This document shows positions 35,184 through 48,000 of a stretch of DNA of 64,000 nt, in pieces; position 1 is the stretch's first letter; every line of letters starts with the position of its first letter. A program made the position numbers and the translations under genes. Source of the stretch: Macrostomum lignano (Eukaryota); contig NIVC01002205.1 in assembly GCA_002269645.1 (NCBI GenBank), positions 129,157-193,156 of the forward strand. The letters run 5' to 3'. The notes below the pieces were generated by a model. The model worked only from the letters and a program-made list of their open reading frames with translations, made no database searches and had not been told where the DNA came from.

Positions 35184-38100
35184 ATGCACCGGTTCACGAC
35201 GGCGGTGTCTTCTCTGCACCAGGCCGCGGCGGCTACGGTATTTGCTTGGCCAGGAATGTCCCGTAGAGGCGGAAGCGCAGGAATCGGAGACGGCAGTGTC
35301 GCCACGCCGCAGAATTCGATCTACAGTGGGCCGCACCAGCACAGCCAGCTGCCCGGCCACCACCAGCACCAGCACCAGCATCATCAGCATCATCGGCCGA
35401 AGCCGCCTCTGCCACCCCCGCTGCCGCTGTTGCCTCTGTCGGGCAAGCCGGAGCCTCTGGCACTGCCGTCTCACACAATTGCCGCCGTTCAGCGTCGCCG
35501 CAGGAAGCTGGCCAACAACGGGGGAACCCCGCTGTGCGCCATCTGCCAGTCACACGCCTCAGGGTACAACTTTGACGTGCTCAGCTGCGAGAGCTGCAAA
35601 GCTTTTTTCCGACGCAGTGCCTGGCGACTGCAGTTCGATTCGAGGGTTGGCACAGCACTTTTAACCCCACTTGTTGTACAACCAGTTCCCTAAGCAACTT
35701 CGCACTGATACAACCAGTTCCCTAAGCAACTTTGCACTGATACAACCAGTTCCCTAAGCAACTTCGCACTGATACAACCAGTTCCCTAAGCAACTTCGCA
35801 CTGATACAACCAGTTCCCTAAGCAACTTCGCACTGATACAACAAGTTCCCTAAGCAACTTTGCACTGATACAACCAGTTCCCTAAGCAACTTTGCACTGA
35901 TACAACCAGTTCCCTAAGCAACTTTGCACTGATACAACCAGTTCCCTAAGCAACTTCGCACTGATACAACCAGTTCCCTAAGCAACTTTGCACTGATACA
36001 ACCAGTTCCCTAAGCAACTTTGCACTGATACAACCAGTTCCCTAAGCAACTTCGCACTGATACAACCAGTTCCCTAAGCAATTTTGCACTGATACAACCA
36101 GTTCCCTAAGCAATTTTGCACTGATACAACCAGTTCCCTAAGCAACTTTGCACTGATACAACCAGTTCCCTAAGCAACTTCGCACTGATACAACCAGTTC
36201 CTCAAGCACCTTCGAACTGACACAACCAGTTCCTCAAGCACCTTCGCAATGATACAATAATGCAGTTCCTCAAGTACCTTTGCACCGACAACCAGTTCCT
36301 CAAGCACCTTCGAACTGACACAACCAGTTCCTCAAGCACCTTCGCACTGATACAATAATGCAGTTCCTCAAGTACCTTTGCACCGACAACCAGTTCCTCA
36401 AGCACCTTCGAACTGACACAACCAGTTCCTCAAGCACCTTCGCACTGATACAATAATGCAGTTCCTCAAGTACCTTTGCACCGACAACCAGTTCCTCAAG
36501 CACCTTCGAACTGACACAACCAGTTCCTCAAGCACCTTCGCACTGATACAATAATGCAGTTCCTCAAGTACCTTTGCACTGACAACCAGTTCCTCAAGCA
36601 CCTTCGCACCGATACAACCCGTTCCTCAGGCACCTTCGCACTGATACAACCCGTTCCTCAAGCACCTTCGCACTGATACAACCATGCAGTTCCTCAAGCA
36701 CCTTTGAACTAACCACTTCCTCAAGCACCTACGCACCGATACAACCAGCTCCTCAAGTACCTTTGCACCGACAACCAGTTCCTCAAGCACCTTCCGCACT
36801 AATACAACCATGCAGTTCCTCAAGCACCTTCGCACTGATACAACCATGCAGTTCCTCAAGCACCTTCGCACTGATACAACCATGCAGTTCCTCAAGCACC
36901 TTCCGCACTAATACAACCATGCAGTTCCTCAAGCACCTTCGCACTGATACAACCATGCAGTTCCTCAAGCACCTTCGCACTGATACAACCATGCAGTTCC
37001 TCAAGCACCTTCGCACTGATACAACCATGCAGTTCCTCAAGCACCTTCGCACTGATACAACCATGCAGTTCCTCAAGCACCTTCCGCACTGATACAACCA
37101 GCTCCTCAAGTACCTTCGCACTGATACAACCAGCTCCTCAAGTACCTTCGCACTGGCCCTGCCAGTTTTAACTGAAAACGCCACTAATTTTGCACAGCTC
37201 CATTAAATGCAATGAAACCTCGCCTCATCCGTTCTCCTTGGATCAGAACAAGCCGTGCAATCCGCACATCTCCGCCCCACCCAACCACGCCGTGGCAGCT
37301 GCGACTCTGCAGGATGGCGGGCAACTGTCCAACCACCGGCCGGCTGCGCAAGCGCTGCCCCGCCTGTCGGCTGAAGCGCTGCCTTGCCGCAGGGATGAAG
37401 CCGGAGCTCATCACGCGTACGTAGCTGGCTGATGAGCATCTCAGTCGCTCATGGCCACCTCCAGTCTGATATACGAGCAGAAAGTTCCGACAGTATAGAG
37501 TCCCTGCCCCATTGCCTCATGTGCGCTCTGGGTAATTAGGCAAGTAGCGTCTTAAAAACATGGAATAATTAACTCATCAAACTAATGAAAATGGGAAGTG
37601 AAAGTGGCAGTAATTTTTCGAGGAACACAGTCGGGCAGTTAATACTTTTGTGCAATAATTGCTTTTACCAACTTTATCCGAACACATAAAACTAGTCAAA
37701 AATACTTTGCTTTAACGCCACTCAGGCTCCCGATTTTTGCCTATCGCTGGCGTTCAAGTGGAGAAACTTCACTCTAAGCTGGGGAATTCTGGAGAAAGAC
37801 AGAGCTGCTCTTTTCAGTCTGGAATCGACTAGAGGCGCTAATAGCCCCTCATTTCACCCTGAGTCCCGATGCCCGATGCCGTATCCCCGCCCGCAGCGCT
37901 CAGCAAGCTGGTGACCCGGGCCAATTACCGAGGGCGCAAGGAGAACCGGCCCGGATTTCTTTACTGGCAGCCCAAGCCACCGCTGATGCAGCCGCTGCCG
38001 CCGCCGCAGCTGCCTCCGCCGCCGCCGCCACCACCGCCTCCATCGACTGCTACCGTTTCCGCAGTTGCAGCGGTTGCCACAAGCAGCCTCTGGCTGGGTG

Positions 38101-39316
38101 CCGGCTGTCAGCTGACTGAGCTGACCAATCAGAGGCCCCCGCTTCCAGGCTGCTTGCCAGCGATTGGGTAAATACTGGACACATTGCGCTTAGCATTTAT
38201 TCTCTCATGCAGCCCTAACTCACTCATGTGCAACTGTAAAAACCGATGCCCAAGTAGATCGCAGATCTTTTTTAAAATTTTGAACCACTGAATGCTGAAA
38301 TCGACTGGAGCTAAGCCCAATCCTGAGAGTTAAGCAGAGTTTGCCACGGCTAAGAAATAGGCTTGCGGCAGCCTTATAGAGCAATTTGCAAATGGATTTG
38401 AGTTCCTCTGTGCATGCTGTGATAGGCTGAACTACAAGGGCCATCTCTTTCACCCCCCGTTTTGCACTTTGCCAACACTGCAAGTTTTAGCAATTTTGCT
38501 CAAATTCAGGATATTTAGACCTCTCCCTCAAATAGGCCCCGGCACCCGCCGGCCAGCTTCACCTACTGGATCAGCGGCACCGGCAGTGAAGACGGCGGCC
38601 CCCCACAACAGCAGCAGCTTCCAATGTCCTCCGAGGAGATGCTCGGCTTCGTGCGTGAGGCCCTGGCCGATTTTTACCGACTCTGCGCTGCCGAGGACAG
38701 CGACGCTGGCGGTACCAGGGACATCACCGGGCTCTACAATGGCAGCACCGGCGGCCTACAACTGGCAGGCAGTTTGCTGTCCGCCCTGCCCAGCATCTGC
38801 CTGCTCAGCCCGCGCCACCGCCTCGCCCTGCTGCGCCTTAACAGCCGCGGTCTGGCGCTCGCGTTTGGCGCCCTCGCCTTTCTGCGACGAAGCGACGCCG
38901 CCGTGGGGCCTCAGCAGGGCGCTGCCGCCGACTTGGCTGTGCTGGTGGGCCGCAGCCCGGACCTGCTGATGGCGCTGGCCTTTTACTGTGCATTCTGCAA
39001 CGCCGACCGTCTCCCGTCGGAGGCAGCCGAGACTGCCGCCGTGGAGGCCGCCGTCGCCCATGATGCTCCAGCAGCTGCCGCAGCCGCCGAAGCCGCAGCA
39101 GGAGGTCGGCACCGCTCGTTGCGCTGGCTGGCCAGCCGCTCACAGACCGAGGTCGGCGAATTCATCCGTCTGTACTCCGCCATACTCGGGCTGCCCCGAG
39201 CTCCGTACTTCGAGCCCTACTGCTTGTTGCCCAGCCGCCTCCCGTGCGACCGCCTGACCCGCCGCCTCCTTCGCTGTTACACCAGCAGTCGGCCCTGCAA
39301 CTCCCTCAGGTTGTAA
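35184..39316 (+). CDS. Nuclear hormone receptor, NR1J/HR96 (DAF-12/NHR-8)-like; exons 35184-35645, 37299-37416, 37897-38167, 38536-39316
   Basis: C4 zinc fingers CAICQSHASGYNFDVLSCESCKAFFRR (P-box CESCKA plus GYNF, typical of NR1J) and CRMAGNC-x9-CPACRLKRCLAAGMK. Degenerate LBD signature LPSICLLSPRHRLALLR. Splice phases 0, 1, 2 are consistent. ATG directly follows an acceptor (TTGCAG|ATG); candidate UTR donor GTAAGT at 33951. Confidence 0.85.
35681..37152 (+). repeat. ~32-bp intronic minisatellite with a 98-bp higher-order segment
   Basis: ACAACCAGTTCCCTAAGCAACTT(C/T)GCACTGAT to ~36190, then a 98-bp trimeric period (identical ORF-track entries at 36202/36300/36398), then ~33-bp variants. Confidence 0.96.
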
Positions 39317-41573
39317 GGTCCTGATGGCCGGGCTCCGAGATCTGCCTGGGCACCGAGACGGAATCAGTATAGCGCTGCAGTGGGACCTTCAGTGAGCTCC
39401 TGAAAATAATAAAGGAACCTAAAACAGTTTTGCAATCTTTCTTTCCGACAGTCTTCAGCTACCTGTATCTTCAGCAAGCACATCTATGCATCGCTAATAA
39501 AGTCATTTAGGCTTTCTTTACTCCACCATGATCAATTAAAATTCACTATTTTGCAAGCGCCACACAATCCCCTTTCAGATTCTTTTGCATCTCATTTCCG
39601 ATCCTCCCAAGTCTCTGGGATCAGTTTTACAAAGCTATCATTGTCTGATTGCAACTCAGCCCACTCTCAGCTGCCATGCACTTCTTGTTCCGGCTTGCCT
39701 ACTCGTGCTTCTCAATACTGGATTTTTTCTGTTTGTGCTCAGAAAGTTCACGCTTTGGTTTTGTGTCCTTTGTTAATTTTTGTCAGCTGATTGTGCGTGG
39801 TCATTTTTACTGACTTTTCACTCGATCTTGACAGCTCACAGCAGGTCCGGCTTTTTCAGGTTTATCGAGAAGACGATCGAAAACATCTCGTTCAGGCCGT
39901 CATTGACTTGGGTTAGGGTTAATATTCATGATTTTGGTTTGAGCATCGAATTTGCTTCTACCGACTGTGAGCTGGAGAACGATGTAAAGCAAAATTGTTA
40001 TTAAATTTTTGCTTTTGTTTTCGTCAGTTGTATTCAGTGTTTTCAATCTCACCACAGAATATCATCTCACCTCAAAGTTTCTTCGACTCCAAGCACCAGC
40101 GAAGATGAATTTTATCAGGTAAGTACAAGCAATACATAAAGTACAGATCCCACTGCAGTAGCGATTCCTTAATGTAAATTAGGTCTACAGTATGGCGAAA
40201 AAATTTCTAAAACTTCCAGCACACTCAGAGAAATTCTATCAAAATAATTTTATGTCCTGTTTTAACACAGATTTTTAGTTTCTGCTGCAGAGCGTTCATT
40301 GGTGATGGTCGTATTTCCGCACACAAGTGTATGTTAGGACTGTAACGCTAGGTAATGTACTTTCATAGTTAATTACACAAACTGATGGAAAAGCTAAAGC
40401 CAAATACAATAAATTTTATTCATTAATACTCAATGTTCTCGATAAAACTCTCACTTTCATAGCTTTTTTTACCTGCAATTGTGTATTAATGTTGTGATAT
40501 ATTTTGTTTGTAACAAACTTTTCAGTTTACAACGGTCTGTCTTTTATGTAGTGTAATCAGAGACTGCAGCCATCGAGAGCCACCTTAATGCTGGTATTTA
40601 AGTAGATAAGGATAGAAGTGATTGCTGACAATTATATGGTAAATTGAGGCATCATTTGGTGCATTGACACAGTATACTGCAAGAGGCAAGTTTGCTTCGT
40701 GCAGGTCTCCTAATAATTACGTATATACGTAATTATTAGTATACGACCTAGTTCAGAAGAAGTGGCAGTAGACATGCTTATACCTGTGTAGAAGGCTACC
40801 CAGCCTCTGTACGAGAAATGTGCTGTTGCAATACCTTGAAGACCTTGAAGCTGCCATTTTGTCTTATGCCGCAGATAGTCTCAAATTCGTGTTAAATGTA
40901 ATCTTTATTATATGCGCAGAAAATTAACTGATTTTAGCATCGTTTTGTTCCAATTTTTCGATCAAACAATTATTGCAGATAAAAAATAAATGTTGACCGT
41001 TGTTTCCTTATCAGAAAAATCAGTCCGTGTCAGCTCTTCATCAAGACTGTGGCCACTATGACTGAAAGAGTTGCATTTTTGCAAAGCCTGGTTTAGTTGA
41101 AATGGCTTGCTTTAAACCATGAAGCAGTTGTATTGAAAATTTATATAAAACGGCAGCAAAGTGCTATTAATGCATCGGAACACAAATAGGTACGAGGGCT
41201 TACAAAAGACTCGTCAAATAATCGCGTGGAGAAAAAGTCAAGTCTGAGCAGTGGAACAGAGTAGTAGCTTCGTTTGAGGGAAGCGCGGCAACGAATTGCA
41301 AGCACGAAAATTAGTGGAAGGGGTGAAACAGCTGCTGTACATGTAAATAAATCGTTATAGTACGAGCGCAATAAAGCTGAAAAGGCTATGCTGGCAGAAC
41401 TATCTACTATACCTGCTATGATTTCTTCAAGTTGACAAAATATTTTAGCATTTTTCTCGCACGTATCCCAACAGCAGTAGATTACAGACTGTGCCAGGAG
41501 CTCTAATTAAAAGTGCTCAGCTAAGCTTTGAGCTACGCACGCCTTCATGCTGAGTCTCCATGACAGGCACGCA

Positions 41574-42944
41574 TCATACAGTGATGACCCGCGCATCCTT
41601 GGGAAAGCTGATGACTCCAGCGCCTACGAACTCGAGCACCTTGTTGATGGATACCTGGTCAAAGAGGCATTTGTCCCGGTGGAAAAAGTGCAGCAGGCGG
41701 CCAGGACCAGCCACCAGACAGCCACCGTTTTGGTACATATCGGCCGAGAAATCCTGGTACCACATTGCGCGGTAGGTGCTCTGCAGGACACCAGACACCC
41801 AGCCTGACTTCACGTGCTTGCTGCTTGCAAGGGTCTCTGTGGAGAGAAGGCACCAAATATCAGCAAAGCATTTAGCCCCAAGAGCAACTAAAAGAGAATG
41901 AATTCTATTTTATGAGAACTTCCCATGGTAATTCTCAGGGAAACACTTACCTCCAGTGCTGGTCACCAGAGTGAAGCCCAGCTCCTTGTACAATGCCATC
42001 TCAGGGTCACAGTAGACAGAGTGGCCAAGCATGAACTCGGTGCGAAATGTCTACAGTTATTTGTGGTAGTTCAATAATTTTCATTCATATTATTGAAATT
42101 TTTTACCTCCAAAAGCTTTTAGTGGGCCATCAAAAGAGTACTCCCTGAGATCAGCAAACTATATATGGTTTTATTTTAGTTGAATTTACATTTGACATTA
42201 TCTACGAGCATAAATATACATTAACACAAGAAACTCTCGGGTACTAACAAGCAGCAGGAATTTTAACAGCAGCCAATAGGTCGTTATTATTGTGGCACAA
42301 ACTTACAAATGCTGTTTCCGATTTGGATGGCAGAATTATAGCCAACTGAACATTTACTTCCTCCAGCATTTCGGTAGAAACACGACACAAATCATCCATG
42401 TACTCCTTCACAGTGAAGCACTGCGGATGCTAAAATGAAGTTCAAAGCATGATAAATATATAAAAATCCTACATCTTATTTTCATATACCAAAACCTATT
42501 ATTAACTTGCTAACTAACTAATTATAAAATTCCCCACATTATTGACTTAAAATCTTCACTAACAAAAATATGATACAAATACAAATCCTCACAGATAGCA
42601 AGCATGATAAAGTAAACATTTTAGTATTCTCAATGTAGTATTTACAGAGTAGTTTGTAAGTCAATTGAAATGTTGCGCCATCTTTTATATATTAGTGTTA
42701 GATGCTAGAGAGCACAAACAGTTTAAAAAACACTTTAAAATATTCAGAAAGTTGAAATACTTACACGAAGAAAAATAATAATTGTTTTCTTCATCTTATA
42801 TATTTCACCAAAGCGGATTGCATTCTCACGCTCATCAAATAAAACATAATCCTCAACTCTCTCTAAATCAATGTCAGAGTCGTCAGTTTCTCCCCGAGAC
42901 ATGCGAATCTTAAAAACCTTTTTAACCGGAGCAGGCGTGGCCAT
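41574..42944 (-). CDS. PRXL2C: Peroxiredoxin-like 2C (AAED1), ~221 aa; exons 42944-42765, 42429-42307, 42050-41951, 41836-41574
   Basis: FGEIYKMKKTIIIFLR|HPQCFTVKEYMDDL...|...VYCDPEMALYKELGF...|SKHVKSG...QNGGCLVAGPGRLLHFFHRD...INKVLEFVG...VITV* aligns with AAED1 throughout. GT-AG introns, phases 0, 0, 1. Confidence 0.88.
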
Positions 42945-45034
42945 TTTTAGGATTTTAAACTCGAAAGTTGATTTTACTTGAAATAGTTAACAAGGTTTTG
43001 AATTAATGGAGAATTAAGAAAGAATTTCGCCCTTGTATTTTTTTCGATTAAAAAGAACCAAACTCGCAAAATTGAAAGTTTGCAACTACGGACTCTTGTG
43101 TTCAAGAAGTAAAATAAATAAAAACGTAAAAATGCTCCAAAAGGATGTTAAATTCATTGATAAATGCAAAAGACGAAAAAAGCCTATAAATGATATCTCG
43201 AGTGCTAGAGTAAATAATGAAATTTAATTATCATTATGAATCTAACCACCATTTCGCATTCAAGGGTTTAATTAAACTTTTTTAATTCAACTACAAAAAT
43301 ATGATAATATCATATCATTGACATAGGTCACATAGTTAACACATAATTTAACATGTGACGAAAAAGATTAGATAGAACAGCTCTAACATTAATGTATATT
43401 TTCGTTATGTGTAGGCCTGCGTAGATGTAACATGACCGGGCAGCCTTACATGTTAATTGGATAATCAACAGAACTTGGAATATTTTTTCTTGACTTTATC
43501 TAATCTGTGGAGTGTGGTCGTGGACTCGAGGATAGATCATTTACATTTTCTGTCCTAAAGGCGCGCCCTGTCAGGATTCTAAGCACCCTGACACCATATT
43601 TTGTTGTTGTTTTTGTTCTGTTGTTGTTTTGTTGTTATCTAATGCAAAGTAGTATAGAAAGATTGGCAATCTTCAATCTTCAAGTCAACAAAGCTGCTAC
43701 TTTCTCAGCTAGGAAAGGGCTCAGTACACTGGAGAGCTCGAAAATAATCATCTCAGAGCAAGATAGTTCAGAAATCGTCGAAAAAATAATTTAACGAACG
43801 AAACTTGAAGATTGCCAAAAGATTATATGCTTTAATCTTTAAAAGATAGGGGCCTAGTATTACTTTCAATTTTCTAATATCTTTTAAGATAGAAAATATA
43901 GTATTACTAGGACACAATGCAAAAAGACGAGTTTTGTTGCTAGAGTTTTAAAATTTATTTGATTTTTAGAAATAGCCTAATATTAGTATATAGAAATAAC
44001 TGTTAGTCTTAGATTAGAACTATTAGTCTTAGAAAATATATATTGAAATCTTTATTCTTTATAGACCCAACTTATTTAAAAGCTTTTTTGTATAATTGTT
44101 GCATAATTCTTTTTTAATTTCTTTTTAATGTCAATGCCTATTTTAGAACCCTTTTTTATTTAAATAAAAGCTTTGATACTAAGCATCAAAGGATAAAGGG
44201 GATGCTATTATCTTCTTAGGCTAGATAACTAGCTTTTATTTAAGGCTTTTTGCTTTAATTATATATCATTTCCTTAAGCAATAACAAAATTACTATATAA
44301 TGCCAAAAACTATATATAGTTCATTCAAAGAGTTTTTTCCTTTCTTTAATCTTTGATTTCTCTCAAACATTAAATGTATCCCATTTTATAGATTCATTAT
44401 TCATTGATTTAAAAGGGAAAATAATAACAAATAAAAACAAGAGGCATTAGAAATAACAAGAAAATAAAATAATAAAATATGCATAATTAGAAATTATTTA
44501 TTCTAATTAGAAATATGCATATAAATATGCAAATAAATAAAATATGCATAATTAAATTATAAAGACTTGTATTTGCTAAAAAGATTGCAAGTTTAATTGT
44601 AAAATATATTTTTTAAAATAGCTTATTGTATTTTATAGCCAATAAGTTATATCACACAATATATAATGCTTTTTAAAGCCATTGGTGAGTCATCCTTGGC
44701 ATAAACTATTCATAAATATCAAATAGACTTAGAATCTAGACATTAGCCATTGTTTTTTGCTGCCTTTGTCATAGGAATACCATTTTCATTATTCAAACTG
44801 TTTAATCACTTTGTAGTAGACCATATACTATTGCTAAATCTCTATATACTTAAGCTATTCATAACTAGCAACAAGGTCTATCAGTTGCTCTTAAGACAAA
44901 TATTTGCACTTATCAAAAGCAGCCCTATCTTCTTGTCCTCTATTGTCCATATTGTACTATCTAGACTAAACTTACACTTAGATTTCAATATTTTCAACAA
45001 TTCACTGCATGGTGTATTTTGTTGGGGCCAGACA

Positions 45035-48000
45035 ATGACTAGCTGGATTTGGTGGCTGCTGGCACTGCTTGTCGTCTCTACATGTCCTGGAAGCCAAGCA
45101 GAAGACATGCATGATCACATGCAACATAATATGCATGTTCCTGCTGACCCAGGTGTCCAGCATGACGGCCACTCCATGCACCATGACCATTCCATGGAGC
45201 ACGAAAGCGGTTCAACATCGCCCCTAATCGTGCTCATTTTCAATGGACTCCGCTATGACCTCCCCGATGTGTATAAGTCTCGCGGCCTCAATTTGTCTAG
45301 TTTTGAAATGCTGCTCAAGCAGGGAGTTCGAGCCAGCAAAATGCGCAGCGTGAACCCAACTGACTCCATGCCAAACTACTGGAGCATGCTGACTGGCTTG
45401 TATCCGGAGAGCCACTGCATCCCCTTCGACTCCTTTCTGGACAGCGACAGGCCTGGCGTGGTCTTTCACAAGACAAACCTCACCAGCCTCAGCGATGCCG
45501 CTTGGTTCTACAAGGGCTTCCCGGAGCCTCTGTGGCTCGCCAACCAGCGGCAAGGCGGCAAGTCGCTTTTGCTGTTGCCCGGCAAAGCCCTGCTGTTCGG
45601 CGGCTCCTCTGGCTCCCCGCAACAGGTGGGCCCAAACAGATAATCAATGTCTGATTGCAGACTGGGCAGTGCTGTGAGTGTCTGATTGCAGACTGGGCAG
45701 TGCTGTGAGTGTCTGATTGCAAACTGGGCAGTGCTGTGAGTGTCTGATTGCAGACTGGGCAGTGCTGTGAGTGTCTGATTGCAGACTGGGCAGTGCTGTG
45801 AGTGTCTGATTGCAGACTGGGCAGTGCTGTGAGTGTCTGATTGCAGACTGGGCAGTGCTGTGAGTGTCTGATTGCAGACTGGGCAGTGCTGTGAGTGTCT
45901 GATTGCAGACTGGACAGTGCTGTGAGTGTCTGATTGCAGACTGGGCAGTGCTGTGAGTGTCTGATTGCAGACTGGGCAGTGCTGTGAGTGTCTGATTGCA
46001 GACTGGACAGTGCTGTGAGTGTCTGATTGCAGACTGGGCAGTGCTGTGAGTGTCTGATTGCAGACTGGGCAGTGCTGTGAGTGTCTGATTGCAGACTGGA
46101 CAGTGCCAGTACAGAATATTCGAAGAATGATGGATTATCTCTGTTGCGAGTTATGTTTAAATGCTCATAGACTACTAGTGATAGGAACTGAATAATTAGT
46201 TTGAATAAAGGCTAATTTTGAAACAGCCTAAAGGATCCATCTGAACAATTTGGAAGAATACGATAAACATAACGCTAAAATTGTAGTTTTTATTCACAGT
46301 TTGGGTAGGGTAATTTAGTTATATATATATACAGTGGATTTCATTGCACTGCAAATTATTTTCGTAAGAGGGATGACTCACCAATCTGAGAAAGTTCTGT
46401 GATGCTTGTCATTGTTTTATTGGTCTGTCACTGCCGGTACATGTATAATTGGTTGGCCTAAGATTCAAGCAGCCTTCGATCGCAAAGCAAAACTGTTTCC
46501 CGGCTCTGCAGCTTCTTAGACTTCTGAAAGAAGCGCACAGATGCTGGTATAGATTTGAGTACTGAGTCATTCCCGATCCCGCCGGCCTCCAGATCGGCAC
46601 ATCAAGCAACCCGGCCGCCCAGGTGCAGCTTCTGATTGACCTGATGGCGAAGCCGGGCACGCATGGCAAGATCAGCTTCGTCCTGATGTACTTTACCGAG
46701 CCCGGAGACACCGCGAGAGCTCACGGGCCAGTCAGCAAGGAAGTAGGCGAGAAACTGGTGGAGCTGGACGGGCATCTGGGCCGGCTGCTTGGCGGCCTTC
46801 GACAGCTCGGGATGCTGGACTCCGTCAATCTGGTGGTCACGACTGATCACGGCATGGCCGCTGTGGACTCCTCCAAGGTGAGCACCTGCATCGAGCGCAT
46901 CCCGACTGGCTTCATTTTTGGCACTGTTCGGTATCTCACACATTGAAACTTCACAGTCTCTGGGATCCTCGAAATCAGCCTCCCAGTCCATGCAATGTCT
47001 GAGCTGAGTGCCATTACAGCCGTGCCCCTGACTTCACCAATATCCAAGTCAGTGTCTGAGCTGAGTGCCATTATAGCACCATTCCCCTCAGCATCATTCC
47101 CCAGCATCATTCCCCCAGCATCATTCCCCCAGCATCATTCCCCCAGCATCATTCCCCAGCATCATTCTCCCAGCATCATTCCCCAGCATCATTCCCCCAG
47201 CATCATTCCCCAGCATCATTCCCCCAGCATCATTCCCCCAGCATCATTCCCCAGCATCATTCCCCTAGCATCACCCCCAGCATCATTCCCCTAGCATCAT
47301 TCCCCTCAGCATCATTCCCCTCAGCATCATTCCCCCAGCATCACCCCTAGCATCACCCCCAGCATCATTCCCCTCAGCATCATTCCCCTCAGCATCATTC
47401 CCCAGCATCACCCCCTAGCATCACCCCAGCATCACCCCCTAGCATCACCCCCAGCATCACCCCCTAGCATCACCCCCAGCATCATCCCCTAGCATCACCC
47501 CCAGCATCATTCCCCAGCATCATTCTCCTCAGAATCATTCCCCCAGCATCATCCCCTAGCATCACCCCTAGCATCACCCCAGCATCATTCCCCCAGCATC
47601 ATTCCCTCAGCATCATTCCCCTCAGCATCATTCCCCCAGCATCATTCCCCTCAGCATCATTCCCCTCAGCATCATTCCCCCAGCATCACCCTAGCATCAT
47701 TCCCCTCAGCATCATTCCCCTCAGCATCATTCCCCTCAGCATCATTCCCCTCAGCATCATTCCCCTCAGCATCATTCTCCCAGCATCACCCCCTAGCATC
47801 ACCCCCAGCATCATTCCCCAGCATCACCCCCTAGCATCACCCCAGCATCATTCCCCCAGCATCACCCCCAGCATCATTCCCCCAGCATCACCCCCTAGCA
47901 TCACCCCCAGCATCATTCCCCCAGCATCATTCCCCTCAGCATCATTCCCCTCAGCATCATTCCCCAGCATCATTCCCCTCAGCATCATTCCCTCAGCATC

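Noticed and set aside
44750-45034. N-terminal extension of the ENPP-like ORF from the TTG start
   Set aside because: The sequence is AT-rich and non-coding-like. The ATG at 45035 directly begins a signal peptide.
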